This document shows positions 21,435 through 31,826 of a stretch of 64,000 bases of DNA, piece by piece (positions within the stretch are counted from its first letter, which is position 1; each line of letters starts with the position of its first letter). Origin of the DNA: an uncultured Desulfosarcina sp. (lineage in GTDB: Bacteria > Desulfobacterota > Desulfobacteria > Desulfobacterales > Desulfosarcinaceae). Under the pieces are notes generated by a model that searched no databases, was not told the DNA's origin, and was given only the letters and a program-made list of their open reading frames with translations. The translations under genes were made by a program, and so were the position numbers. The stretch covers positions 1,152,001 through 1,216,000 of the forward strand of contig CAXXWQ010000003.1 of assembly GCA_963674945.2 (NCBI GenBank), in the 5' to 3' direction.

Positions 21435-22851
21435 TCAGTCCTGGGCAATGGTGAAGTAGATGGTTCCGCCTTCACGATCAATCAGAAGCAGCAGGACGCG
21501 ATCCCAGTTGTGCCGGTTGAAAATTTTCATAAATGTCTCCATATCGTACACCGCTTCCCGGTCGATTTCGATGACGACATCTCCCGGTTCCAGCCCGGAT
21601 TCGAAGGCTGGTGAATCTTCATCCACGTCGGTGACCAGGATACCGGTGAAACGCGTCAGGCCGACACTCTCCGCCACCTCCGGACTGATTGGCTGCAGTG
21701 TCATTCCCATGAGGGATACCGCATGCAAACTGGCTGCGGGGTCTTTCGTTTCAATCCGCTCTTCCGTGGTGATGGAAAAATGCAGGGGCTTGCCCAGACG
21801 CAGAACATCGATGGTCGCTTTCTTTCCAATGGGCATGGCAGTGGTCGAGACAGACAGGTCACGGGCATTTCGGACTTCCTGTCCATCGAAGCGGATCACC
21901 ACATCATCGCGCCGGATACCGGCTTTTTGTCCGGGTCCGTCCGTCAATACTTGGGAAACCAATGCGCCGCCGTCGCAATCGATACCAAACGCCTGCTTCA
22001 ACTCCGGCGTTATATCCTGGACCCGCACACCGAGCCATGAACGTCTCACCCTTCCCTTTCGCAGTTGCGGTAAAAGCTGTTTCGCCTGGTTGCTGGGAAT
22101 GGCGAAACTGATGCCTTGATTTCCCCCGGACTGGGAGAAAAAAGATGAATTGATGCCGACGACTTCGCCGGAAAGGTTGAGCAACGGACCGCCGCTGTTG
22201 CCAGGGTTGATGGATGCATCGGTTTGTATGAAGTTATCTTCTATTCCGAAACCGATTTGGCGATATTTTGCGCTGACGATACCGCAGGTAACCGTATCGC
22301 CCAATCCAAATGGATTGCCAATGGCCAACACCCAGTCGCCGACCTGCAGTTTGTCGGAATCGCCGAATGCCAGCGGAAGAAGTTTATCCCCGGCATGAAT
22401 CCGTATCAGGGCCGTGTCTGTCTGTGGGGTCCCGGCCCACGAGGGTGGCACTGTATCTGTGGCCGTTGCTGAGTCCAACGTCTATCTCTTCGGCGTCTTC
22501 CACAAGGTGGTTGGTGGTGAGGATAAAGCCGTCACGATCGATGATAAAGCCGGAACCGATCGTCCTCTTCGAATACGCTCTGGGAATCCCTTCCTTGAAC
22601 GAACGACCGGACATCTCGCCGGAAGTCTCCTGCATGTCGTACGGTGTACCGTCCTGATCGGATAGATCGACGGTTTTCTTGACCGCAATATTGACGACAC
22701 TGGCTCTGGTGGCGACAACCAGATTCGAAAAGGAAGTGAGCGCATGGTCCTCGGCAGTCCTGGTCCAGGCGCAAAGGATGAAAAAGAGTGTCGAAATCAG
22801 AGCGATGATAACGCTCTTGACCCTGCGACTGCCAACGAAATGAGAATTCAT
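21435..22851 (-). pseudogene. DegP/DegQ (HtrA) serine protease with a +1 frameshift
   Basis: 'GSGFII..TNHLV' in one frame; 'QTDTALI', '[15 protein letters not shown]' and two PDZ domains in the other. Extra base at ~22425. Confidence 0.88.
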
Positions 22852-23035
22852 CACACATCTCCTGAAAAACACCTGCGAAAAAAATAAGATTGTCTAAAAG
22901 GTAACACCCGGATCCAGGAAGAAACTTGAAAGATTTTCCATGCATTCGATCATCCGCAACTTCATTGAGGACTTATTTGAAATGACGGCGATGGTGTTCA
23001 TTGCCCAATACAAAAACGTATGATTGATACGTTGG

Positions 23036-23500
23036 TTATCGGCAAAGCACTTTTTCAATCTTCTTTTTAATCATCTTTATGTTGAAGGGTTTCAAAAGAA
23101 ACCCGTCTATAATATTGGAGGCCTTCAACATATCCAAAACATCTTCGTCACAATTACCGGTCATGACGATGACCTTTGTTCCGAAATGGGTCTCCTTGAT
23201 CTGATCCGCCAGTTCATAGCCGTCTATGAACGGCATGTTATAATCGGTAATCACCAGATCGTATGGCCCCTTTTTCAGAAAATTGAGGGCCATCAGCCCG
23301 TCCATTGCGGTCGTTGTCTGGTAACCGATGCGTTGCATCATTTTGGAGACCATGCCAAGAACCATGGGATCGTCATCGACGATAAGGATTCGAGGGGTGT
23401 CGGAATAAACGACAACTTCCTCGGTCACCTGATCTGCCTCGCAGTCCAATGGCACTTGCGGTCGACCTTGCTGATGTTGCGAAAATGAGTGGATCACCAC
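23036..23500 (-). CDS. Stand-alone receiver-domain protein
   Basis: 'ILIVDDD', 'TDYNMP' and 'LKPF' motifs. Confidence 0.85.
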   Translation of the reverse strand: MVIHSFSQHQQGRPQVPLDCEADQVTEEVVVYSDTPRILIVDDDPMVLGMVSKMMQRIGYQTTTAMDGLMALNFLKKGPYDLVITDYNMPFIDGYELADQIKETHFGTKVIVMTGNCDEDVLDMLKASNIIDGFLLKPFNIKMIKKKIEKVLCR

Positions 23501-23545
23501 TTGTACACCTCCTTTTCCGTTTCCGGATATGGTGGAATCAACTCT

Positions 23546-24007
23546 TCATGGTCGTTGAAGCATCCAGGGCGGAGGTCCAGCCCACCGGACCTTTTCGATG
23601 GCCTCTTTCAGCGTTTCCAACCTGAACGGCTTGACAAGCAACCCGTCGACAATCGCAGAGTTCTCGATCATATCGGCGAAGGATTTTTTCATGTAAGTGG
23701 TCATGACGATCACCCGGGTCAACGAGTATTTCCTTTTGACATGAACCGCCAGCTGGTACCCATCCATGAGCGGCATTTGATAATCGGTGATCATCAATCG
23801 ATGATCCGCCTCGCTCAGGCGGTCGAGTGCATCCAGGCCGTTTGGTGCCGTAGTGGATCGATAGCCCAGCGACCGCACCATTCCGGCAATCATATCCAAA
23901 ATGTCATGATTGTCGTCAACGACAAGAATCCGATCGCCGCTGCTCACGGCATCGATGCAATCACTGTTTCTAATGGCGGTATCAACGACCGTTGACGTTT
24001 TCATCAC
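23546..24007 (-). CDS. Stand-alone receiver-domain protein (tandem paralogue)
   Basis: 'ILVVDDN', 'TDYQMP' and 'VKPF' motifs. Confidence 0.85.
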   Translation of the reverse strand: MMKTSTVVDTAIRNSDCIDAVSSGDRILVVDDNHDILDMIAGMVRSLGYRSTTAPNGLDALDRLSEADHRLMITDYQMPLMDGYQLAVHVKRKYSLTRVIVMTTYMKKSFADMIENSAIVDGLLVKPFRLETLKEAIEKVRWAGPPPWMLQRP

Positions 24008-24466
24008 CCGTCATGTGGCGTCATTGAAATCCGTCGAGTTTTCTGTTTCTACCCAAATCATCATTGGCGTTGTTTTGTTTCCTTTTTCTGAAACCCTGTA
24101 ATCGGTCAAAGCGCCACTCAATCGGCGTCTTCTTTACTCGTTTTTAACCTGTCGCGGAACCTTGCCCGAAACCGTGAAAACACGTCGGGCGGGAGCAGTA
24201 AATATCGTTATCAATAGCGCATAAATATGGGGGGTAACAATTGGTAATACTGCTCAAATTTACACGGCACGGTAGGTAAAACTACGCAGGCTGATTGTCG
24301 TCCCGAATCGGTAAAAGTGCTTATTCAACCCGTGAAAAATAGTCAGTTATACCGATTGTTATTATTTTTTATATCGATTAGAAGCATTTCGGGTTTGCGG
24401 TTCCATTTACCGCATTTTCCGAGCTACCTGTCAATGTTGCCAATTATTTAACCAGAAGAGGAGATC

Positions 24467-24814
24467 ATGACAATGATGACAAAAGATCGATTGGAAAGAG
24501 TATTGTTTATTATGGTTGGCCTTATCATGATCGGATCGTTCGTTAACGGGTGTGCCAGCACCTCCGAAATCGCAGTGCTCCAGGAGAAAGCCGATAAGGC
24601 GTTACAGCAGTCATCACAGGCGTTGGATGAGGCCAATCAATCCAAAGATATGATAACAGATGCCAATAATCGTTCTGAAATGGCGGCCGGCAGAGCCGAG
24701 ACGGCGGCCAGTCGTGCGGAAATGGCGGCCGACAGATCCGAAAAAGCGGCCAATCGTGCGGAAACGGCAGCCGACAAGGCGGAAGCGATTTTCATGCAGA
24801 AAATGAAGAAGTAG
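24467..24814 (+). CDS. Lpp/OprI-like alanine-zipper lipoprotein
   Basis: Lipobox 'VNGC', heptad 'RAE.AA' repeats, C-terminal Lys-Lys; GAGGAG RBS. Confidence 0.8.
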   Translation: MTMMTKDRLERVLFIMVGLIMIGSFVNGCASTSEIAVLQEKADKALQQSSQALDEANQSKDMITDANNRSEMAAGRAETAASRAEMAADRSEKAANRAETAADKAEAIFMQKMKK

Positions 24815-24839
24815 TCATCGTCAGATCGCCGACGATGCA

Positions 24840-25796
24840 ATGGATACCGGTACGTTGAAAAGTAACACACGGATACTTACGAGAATCGCCGTGGTCTGTA
24901 TCGTGAAATTGCTCGTACCGTCCGTTGTGGTGCTATCGATGGCCGTCGATAATCATGCGTCGGATGAGACACTGTTTAGGGGGAGTGGCAACGCATTGAT
25001 ACCACTCCCCATCTATCTGATCGGCACAGAAAAACAGCATCGTGTCTCCCAGCAAGAGACACTGCTGGATATCGCCAGGAATTACCGTTTGGGCTTCAAT
25101 GAGATCGCTGATCTCTATCCGCAACTGGACCCCTGGTGCCCACCTCGCGGGCGTGTGCTTCGGATTCCCTCGGCCTGGATTCCGCCGGATGCAAAGCAGG
25201 CGGACATCGTGATCAACATCGCCGAATGCAGGCTCTACCTCTTTGATCGAAATGGACGGGCCACCGGAACGTTTCCCATCAGCATCGGCGGTCCTGAATC
25301 GCCGACGCCGGAAGGTGATTTCATTATCAAGACAAAGGCGTACCAACCAACCTGGACCGTGCCGCCATCCCTGACCCATAAATATCCCTTTTCCTCTTTA
25401 CCGCCGGGGCCTGGCAATCCCCTTGGTGATTACTGGCTGGGCCTTGAATCTCACTACGGCATTCACGGGACGAATTCTCCCTGGTCCATTGGCCGTGCCG
25501 TAACAAACGGATGCATCCGTCTTTACCCGGAGGATATCGCCGGCCTCTTCTCTTTGGTTTCCAGGGGAATGCGTGTACAAATCGTCTATGAACCGATCAA
25601 ATTCGCATGGATACAGGATCGTATCATTGTCGAGGTTCACCGTGATATCTATTCGAAGTTCCACAATTTCAAACAATATGGCGTTCAACGCCTCCAGCAA
25701 AAAGGACTTACAGGATTGGTCAGTATGCCAGAATATCTTCGCGCACTTGACCAAAAAAACGGCGCGATTGCCGATGTGAGTCTCTCGCCAAAATAA
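24840..25796 (+). CDS. L,D-transpeptidase (ErfK/YcfS family)
   Basis: 'TLLDIAR', 'PPGPGNPLG' and catalytic 'YGIHGTN...VTNGCIRL'. Confidence 0.9.
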   Translation: MDTGTLKSNTRILTRIAVVCIVKLLVPSVVVLSMAVDNHASDETLFRGSGNALIPLPIYLIGTEKQHRVSQQETLLDIARNYRLGFNEIADLYPQLDPWCPPRGRVLRIPSAWIPPDAKQADIVINIAECRLYLFDRNGRATGTFPISIGGPESPTPEGDFIIKTKAYQPTWTVPPSLTHKYPFSSLPPGPGNPLGDYWLGLESHYGIHGTNSPWSIGRAVTNGCIRLYPEDIAGLFSLVSRGMRVQIVYEPIKFAWIQDRIIVEVHRDIYSKFHNFKQYGVQRLQQKGLTGLVSMPEYLRALDQKNGAIADVSLSPK

Positions 25797-25836
25797 GTTC
25801 AACGCATCGTCTCGTTCATCCGGAATTTTCCAAAAA

Positions 25837-25852
25837 TGGCATGTTGCTTGCT
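25837..25852 (+). promoter_or_regulatory. Sigma-54 promoter
   Basis: TGGCATGTTGCTTGCT (GG-N10-GC), 72 bp upstream of 25924. Confidence 0.7.
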
Positions 25853-25923
25853 GATTGATTGCAGAACAAATAAGATACAAAGCAATACCATTTATTCATC
25901 TTCAACTTTCGAGCGTTCGGGCG

Positions 25924-28554
25924 ATGTTTCCAAAAAATCTGCGAACTTTATTCCGCCGCGGGAAGCGGGGCCGCCATTCGCGTGAGCAGCTTATGGCAAT
26001 ATTTCACGGCAAGTACGAAAACTTTCGAACGCTTCTGGCTTCCAATACGGAACTCTTGGAAATCATATCTGATATAGAGCAAAAACTCGAAGGGCAGACC
26101 CCGTTTGGGACCGCCTACCTCGATGCCATAGGCACAAGAACGATTTTCCATACCGCGCGCATGGTCCGTTGCCTCGAGAAGATGTCAAACAAAGCCTATC
26201 CAATACTCGAGAAAAAGCTGACCGAAATCTTCAATCATATCAAAGCGGATTCAGTCCACAAGGAAGCAAAAGTGCTCATCGGTGAACCCATGGTATTGCC
26301 TTACAGCATGATCCGGAGCGCATCGGTTCAGCTGGTGGGAGCGAAAAATGCCGCCGTTTGCGAAATCAAAAACGCCATGGATATTCCCGTCCCCAACGGA
26401 TTTGCCATTACCACCGCTGCGTTCCGACACTTTGTCCAGAGCAATGATTTGTCGGATACGATATTGCGAATGAAGCGCAAGGCCGATCTCATCGAGACGG
26501 AGACGATTCTCGAAGTCAGCAAAACAATTCAGGAGCGGATATTGTCGGCGGCCGTTCCCGACGATCTTGTTCAGGCCATTCAGCAGGCGCACACCCGATT
26601 GATGCACGAACTTACCGAAAATGGAACGCCGGTCAATGTCTCACTGCGAAGCAGCGCCATCGGCGAGGACAGTACTCTTTCTTTCGCCGGCCAATACCTG
26701 ACGGTCCTCAATGTACCGGCTTATCGCCTCGTCGATGATTATCGGCGTATCCTTGCCAGTCTCTTCTCTCCCCAGGCAATTGCCTATCGTCTCCATATGG
26801 CCATTACCTTCGAGGATGCGGTCATGGCCGTGGCATGTCAGGAGACCATCGATGCGTTGGCCAGCGGCGTGATGTATACGAGAAATCCCGTCAATCCGTC
26901 GGAGAATCGGATCATCATCGACGCGGTTTGGGGACTTGGCCCTTTTGCCGTTGATGGTATCGTCCCCCCGGATACCTATATCCTTTCTAAAGACGTTCCT
27001 TCCAGACTGATCTCAGCGACTTCGGTCCCAAAGGAAAAACAGCTGATCGCCAGCCCCGACGGACGAGTGGTGGAAGCGCCGGTCTCCTTCGATTGCCGAA
27101 AACGACCATGCCTGACCGAATCCCAGGCCGCTCTTCTGGCTGAATATGGCCTGCGGTTGGAATCGTATTTTGGCGTGCCCCAAGATGTGGAATGGGCGCT
27201 TGATCGATCTGGGCGTCTTATCATCCTGCAGTCACGGCCGCTCAGGCTGCACGGGGTGCAAACCGATCATCAAGGTCGCCCCCGTACACCGGTCGCCGGA
27301 TATAGGGTATTGATGGAAGGAGGTGAAATCGCCTGCGCGGGGATCGGATTCGGGCCGGTCTTCCATGTCACCGGACAGGCCGACTTGGCAAAATTTCCCG
27401 ATGGCGCGGTGCTGGTCAGTCCATTGGCATCGTCCGAACTCGTCATGGCAATGCCCAAGGCAAAGGCGATCGTCACCGACCTTGGAAATGTCAGCGGCCA
27501 CATGGCATCTCTGTCCCGGGAATACATGATCCCGTCCATCCTTAACCTGACAAATGCCACGGCCAAGCTTGCGCCAGGTACCGCGGTTACCGTGGATGCC
27601 ATTGCCGGCCGGATCTACGAGGGACGTGTTACGGAACTGATGGATTCCCATTACGAATCGACTGGTGTCATGGTCGACACCCCTGCCTGCCGGGATTTGC
27701 GGCGTCGTGCCGACGCGATTGTACCCCTGCATCTGACGGATCCGAGGTCTTCTGATTTCACACCGGAAAATTGCATGACCATCCATGACATCATGCGTTT
27801 CATCCACGAAAAAGCCTACGAAGAAATCTTTCATCTCGGGGACTTGATCACCGATCGGGGAAGTCTCTCCGTGCATTTGGATGCACCGTTGCCCATTGAC
27901 CTGTATATCATCGATCTTGGCGGCGGGCTCGGCATGGACGCCCCACGCATTAACAGCGTTTCTGCGGACCAGGTGACATCAGTTCCATTTTCCGCTCTGC
28001 TGAGGGGAATGCTGCACGACGGCCTGAAGAGTCTCGGGCCTCGGCCCGTTAGCCTCGGCGGTTTCTTCTCCGTGATGACCAGGCAAATGCTTGACCCGCC
28101 CAATCTGACGACGGAGCGGTTCGGTGACCGCAGCTATGCGATCATTTCCGATCGATATATGAATTTCAGTTCCCGCATCGGTTACCACTACAGCGTACTG
28201 GATAGTTATTGCGGGCAGACAACCGCCAAGAATTATATCAATTTTCAGTTCAAGGGGGGGGCGGCCGATGACAAACGGCGCAACCGCCGGGCTCGGTTGA
28301 TCGAACGTGTCCTCTCCGCTCTGGGATTTTTAAGTTCCACCACCAATGACCGGGTATCGGCCCGCATTGCCAAACAGCCCGCTTCCGTTCTAGTGGAAAA
28401 ACTCGATATGGTTGGACGCCTGTTGATTTTCACCCGACAGATGGACATGCTCATGCACAGTGATGCGCTGGTCGAAGATATGGTCAGGGCCTTCTTAAAC
28501 GGCAACTATCAGCTCAAACCCGAGACGATGCGAAAAGACAAAGACCCGACGTAA
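25924..28554 (+). CDS. PEP-synthase/PPDK-like protein (ATP-grasp plus phospho-His swivel; DVU0152-like)
   Basis: 'VGAKNA', 'LRSSAIGED..SFAGQY', 'QDVEWA', 'LQSRP' and 'SGHMASLSRE'. Lacks the full pyruvate-binding barrel. Confidence 0.82.
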   Translation: MFPKNLRTLFRRGKRGRHSREQLMAIFHGKYENFRTLLASNTELLEIISDIEQKLEGQTPFGTAYLDAIGTRTIFHTARMVRCLEKMSNKAYPILEKKLTEIFNHIKADSVHKEAKVLIGEPMVLPYSMIRSASVQLVGAKNAAVCEIKNAMDIPVPNGFAITTAAFRHFVQSNDLSDTILRMKRKADLIETETILEVSKTIQERILSAAVPDDLVQAIQQAHTRLMHELTENGTPVNVSLRSSAIGEDSTLSFAGQYLTVLNVPAYRLVDDYRRILASLFSPQAIAYRLHMAITFEDAVMAVACQETIDALASGVMYTRNPVNPSENRIIIDAVWGLGPFAVDGIVPPDTYILSKDVPSRLISATSVPKEKQLIASPDGRVVEAPVSFDCRKRPCLTESQAALLAEYGLRLESYFGVPQDVEWALDRSGRLIILQSRPLRLHGVQTDHQGRPRTPVAGYRVLMEGGEIACAGIGFGPVFHVTGQADLAKFPDGAVLVSPLASSELVMAMPKAKAIVTDLGNVSGHMASLSREYMIPSILNLTNATAKLAPGTAVTVDAIAGRIYEGRVTELMDSHYESTGVMVDTPACRDLRRRADAIVPLHLTDPRSSDFTPENCMTIHDIMRFIHEKAYEEIFHLGDLITDRGSLSVHLDAPLPIDLYIIDLGGGLGMDAPRINSVSADQVTSVPFSALLRGMLHDGLKSLGPRPVSLGGFFSVMTRQMLDPPNLTTERFGDRSYAIISDRYMNFSSRIGYHYSVLDSYCGQTTAKNYINFQFKGGAADDKRRNRRARLIERVLSALGFLSSTTNDRVSARIAKQPASVLVEKLDMVGRLLIFTRQMDMLMHSDALVEDMVRAFLNGNYQLKPETMRKDKDPT

Positions 28555-28683
28555 GGCCTCCCACCTCAGGCAAATCGGATAGTACCGCGATTCGTTCGCC
28601 TCGTTCCGGCATTCATATCTATGTACAGGTGTACTTAGCGGGGACCCCAAAGCCAACCCCTTTGGCGGTGGTGCCGGGGTCTT

Positions 28684-28920
28684 TTACTTGCAATCAGATC
28701 CCGAAAGACGCCGTATCAGCAGACGTGAGATGATTACCGTCGCCACGGCCATCGGCGGAAATGTTATAAGGAAAAATTGAGACAACGTGTCGGAATCCTG
28801 TTGGCCGATATACATGCAAATCGTCAGCTCGGCCAGCAGCGACACGTTCATGGCAAATACAACAATTCGCTGACGAACGTTGAGACGATCGTTTGGATTG
28901 ATCCGGCGAGGTTCAAACAT
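28684..28920 (-). CDS. Small two-TM hypothetical protein
   Basis: Two hydrophobic segments; last gene of the minus-strand operon. Confidence 0.6.
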   Translation of the reverse strand: MFEPRRINPNDRLNVRQRIVVFAMNVSLLAELTICMYIGQQDSDTLSQFFLITFPPMAVATVIISRLLIRRLSGSDCK

Positions 28921-29006
28921 GACAATATTCTCTTTCTGTACTTCGGCATGGTTCGGTCGCCAAGGGCGACGGATGGCAGCGCCTGGCGACCGAGCCGGGC
29001 CTTGCT

Positions 29007-29348
29007 TTACTTTTTTCTCAGGTCCTGCTTGGAGACATTCATCACACGAAGGGCTGCTTTGCCGGCGTTTTTCTTCGCCCAGGCCAGCCGCAGGATGTCA
29101 CCTGGTTCCGGATGAATGCCGATGGTGGCTTCGGAAACATCGAACACTTCTTCTTCACCGGTCGGCTCTCCATAGGGAAACGCGTCACTGAATCGGGTGT
29201 TGTAGGATTCGATGGTGATCCGTTTGCCGATTTCATCGAACTGGATGCATTTGCCCTGGCTCACCTCTGCGGCCATTGCCGGTGATTCGACAAGGTAACA
29301 TGCCATGGCGATGACAAGAAAAAGGGACAAAAAAGTGCTTTTTTTCAT
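29007..29348 (-). CDS. Exported protein, DUF4881-like
   Basis: Signal peptide, 'VSQGKCI' motif, GGAGG RBS, and context with TauE/DVU0150. Confidence 0.6.
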   Translation of the reverse strand: MKKSTFLSLFLVIAMACYLVESPAMAAEVSQGKCIQFDEIGKRITIESYNTRFSDAFPYGEPTGEEEVFDVSEATIGIHPEPGDILRLAWAKKNAGKAALRVMNVSKQDLRKK

Positions 29349-29363
29349 GTTTGTTCCTCCCGT

Positions 29364-30407
29364 CTATACCTTTACGACAATCTTTTCGTGACCTTTTTTC
29401 TCCCGCAATTCCTGGGCAGCACCTTTGAACATAATCCACATGATATAGATACAGATGATGCCGATCGTACCGAGGATCAATATGGCCGCGGGAATTTCAT
29501 ATTTGAACTGTTTAAGGATGATACTGATCATGCAGCACAGCACGGCGGAACCGAAGAGCAGGCGGATGCCATAGCCCTTGGCATATTTTGTGGCGACCGT
29601 GCCGATTTGTGCACCGATGGCGGCGCCGGTAAGCATGACGAATACGGCTACCAGTTCGATGCGGCCTTTGAGTGTGTAGGTGAAGGCACCGTACAGCCCT
29701 GAGATCATGACTTCGAAGAGATCCGTTCCCACGGCGACATGGGTGGGGGTGCCGATGAAGTAGATCAGGGCCGGCATGCGCAAAAGCCCGCCGCCGATGC
29801 CGAGGAAACCGGCAAGGACGCCGGTGGCGAAACTCACCGTGATGGGCAGCCAGGCCGAGCAGTAGATGCCCGATGCCTTAAAGTGCATCATGGGTGGAAT
29901 ATTGATTTTATGCAGGGTCTTGTACCAGGTAAACCCCTCGGTTCCCTTCTCTCCTTCTTCGAGCCCCAATCGTTTGTTTTTGACCGCCTTGGCGTAGTCG
30001 GAAAAGACCATGATAGAGATCAGCAGCAGAAAACCCACGTAGACCCATCGGACCACCGGACCGATCTGTCCGATACGTTCCAGATACATAACCAACTGAG
30101 CACCGCATTCGATGCCGGCCATGGTGCCGAAGACCATGACGATGCCGAGTTTATAATCGACATTGCCGAATTTGGAATGCCGGATCGTGGAGATCATCGA
30201 TTTGCCGGCGATGTGGGCAATGTCCGTTCCGATGGCAAAGGCCATGGGAAATCCCAAAATGTTCAGACCCGGTGTTACCATCCAGGCGCCCCCCATGCCG
30301 AAAAATCCGCCGATCACCCCCACCGAATAACCGATGAGCACCAGACCCGGCCAGAAGATATCCACGCCGGCGATGGGCATGTACATATAAAGCCAAGAAG
30401 TATCCAT
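29364..30407 (-). CDS. TauE/SafE (TSUP) family membrane transporter
   Basis: Twin 'GFFGMGG'/'GFLGIGGG' repeats and 'AIGTD'/'AVGTD'. Confidence 0.88.
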   Translation of the reverse strand: MDTSWLYMYMPIAGVDIFWPGLVLIGYSVGVIGGFFGMGGAWMVTPGLNILGFPMAFAIGTDIAHIAGKSMISTIRHSKFGNVDYKLGIVMVFGTMAGIECGAQLVMYLERIGQIGPVVRWVYVGFLLLISIMVFSDYAKAVKNKRLGLEEGEKGTEGFTWYKTLHKINIPPMMHFKASGIYCSAWLPITVSFATGVLAGFLGIGGGLLRMPALIYFIGTPTHVAVGTDLFEVMISGLYGAFTYTLKGRIELVAVFVMLTGAAIGAQIGTVATKYAKGYGIRLLFGSAVLCCMISIILKQFKYEIPAAILILGTIGIICIYIMWIMFKGAAQELREKKGHEKIVVKV

Positions 30408-30426
30408 GAAAGTGTTCCTCCTTTGA

Positions 30427-30723
30427 TCAGTGCTCGACAATTTTGCGGGATTTGAGATCAAGGCCCGTTCGGGACATGATGAAATCCATGAAAAAACCGA
30501 GGATGCATCCCATGGCCGCGGTCAACACCACGGTCCACACGGCGAACATGAAAATATTGGTGTTATACATGTCCGCGAAGTAGTGCATGACCCCCGTCAC
30601 CCTCCGGGTATCGGCCACGACGACGATATTGGTGGCTTTGTCACCACCAGCCAGAACCCATTGCGGCAGCATCCAGAACAATGCCGTCAATACTCCCCTT
30701 CGTCCATACAGTGCGACTTTCAT
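30427..30723 (-). CDS. DVU0150-family membrane protein
   Basis: 'IVVVADTR' and 'DFIMSRTGLDLKSR...EH' motifs; GAGGAGG RBS. Confidence 0.75.
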   Translation of the reverse strand: MKVALYGRRGVLTALFWMLPQWVLAGGDKATNIVVVADTRRVTGVMHYFADMYNTNIFMFAVWTVVLTAAMGCILGFFMDFIMSRTGLDLKSRKIVEH

Positions 30724-30821
30724 TATTTCGTACCTCCTCATTTTCACGGTTTCTGAAGGCACTTCAATCCTTCCTCACGGATTTCCGGCGTTCGTCTTCA
30801 TGCCTTCTCAACCGGGCTCTG

Positions 30822-30837
30822 AGCAACTGTCGTGCCA
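30822..30837 (-). promoter_or_regulatory. Sigma-54 promoter
   Basis: Minus strand TGGCACGACAGTTGCT, an exact consensus match. Confidence 0.85.
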
Positions 30838-31146
30838 GGGACAAAGGATATGTTCGGATAGAAAATCAATGGTGATCGATGATGTCGCGCTATCTCTTCA
30901 CGAATGAAAAGTGCACTGTGAAAAGCAAGGATTTGACAGCTTGTAAAAAATGCAGACAGGTGGTGAGAATCGCTTTATTGACCATGATTATATCTGATGA
31001 TTTCGGCAAAAGGATAGCGTCGCTCGCGGTTTGTCCTATTTTCCGGATGTGGGTGATGATCAGACGGGAAAACCGGTGGCTCGTATCCATCCGATCCCGA
31101 AATGGAACACGACCAACAGGATCTGCCGTCGACTGATACGAAAAAA

Positions 31147-31710
31147 CTATTTGCCCTTTTTTCTTGCCCGCCAGCCTCCGATGGGCGAATAGATCGGTTG
31201 CAGCACCTTGCTCATGTCGCGCGCCTGTTCAATCACATAGAATAAATTGGGATCGATCGAACGTACCTGGGGTAAAATCCATTTCAAATCCCTGCGCCGG
31301 CACACGATGTACAATTCATGGACCGGTCCCTTCATCCCTTCACCATGAAAAATCGTGACAGGCTGCCCCTTTCTCCTCAAATATGTTGCCATTTCAGTAC
31401 CGGCGGTACGCGTGATGACCCTCAGAATCACGGATCCGAATGCGAGCTTGCGTTCGACCATGATGCCGACGACATTGCCGGTCGCGTATCCGAAGGCGTA
31501 AAATATCACCAATACCGGCTGATCCTTGATCTGGCCGATCACCGTACTGACAACGGTAATCCAGATGGAAATTTCAAAAATTGCCAGGATAAAAGCGATA
31601 ACCGTTCGCCCCTGTACGGTCACAATCGTCCGGACCGTGCCAATGGAGACATCGCAGATCCGGGCAATAAAAACGAGCAGCCCTGTCCAAAAAATGTTGG
31701 TAGCAAGCAT
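31147..31710 (-). CDS. DUF5698/DUF2179 (UPF0316) membrane protein
   Basis: 'ARICDVSIGTVR' and 'YAFGYATGNVVGI' motifs. Confidence 0.82.
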   Translation of the reverse strand: MLATNIFWTGLLVFIARICDVSIGTVRTIVTVQGRTVIAFILAIFEISIWITVVSTVIGQIKDQPVLVIFYAFGYATGNVVGIMVERKLAFGSVILRVITRTAGTEMATYLRRKGQPVTIFHGEGMKGPVHELYIVCRRRDLKWILPQVRSIDPNLFYVIEQARDMSKVLQPIYSPIGGWRARKKGK

Positions 31711-31765
31711 TTTTCCCCATTAATAACAAAGCAATAAAAACGGTATTGGGTGATGTGCCAATTGA

Positions 31766-31781
31766 AGCAATTGCTATGCCT
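31766..31781 (-). promoter_or_regulatory. Sigma-54 promoter
   Basis: Minus strand AGGCATAGCAATTGCT. Confidence 0.65.
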
Positions 31782-31826
31782 TGAACAAGAGCCTTAAAGT
31801 AAGGCGGAATTATTCGTGAAGAACGG

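Noticed and set aside
22987..23035. GGCGATGGTGTTC resembles the 5' end of a fluoride riboswitch
   Set aside because: The downstream GCTRATGAC pseudoknot element is absent, orientation is opposite to the flanking genes, and there is no fluoride-related gene.
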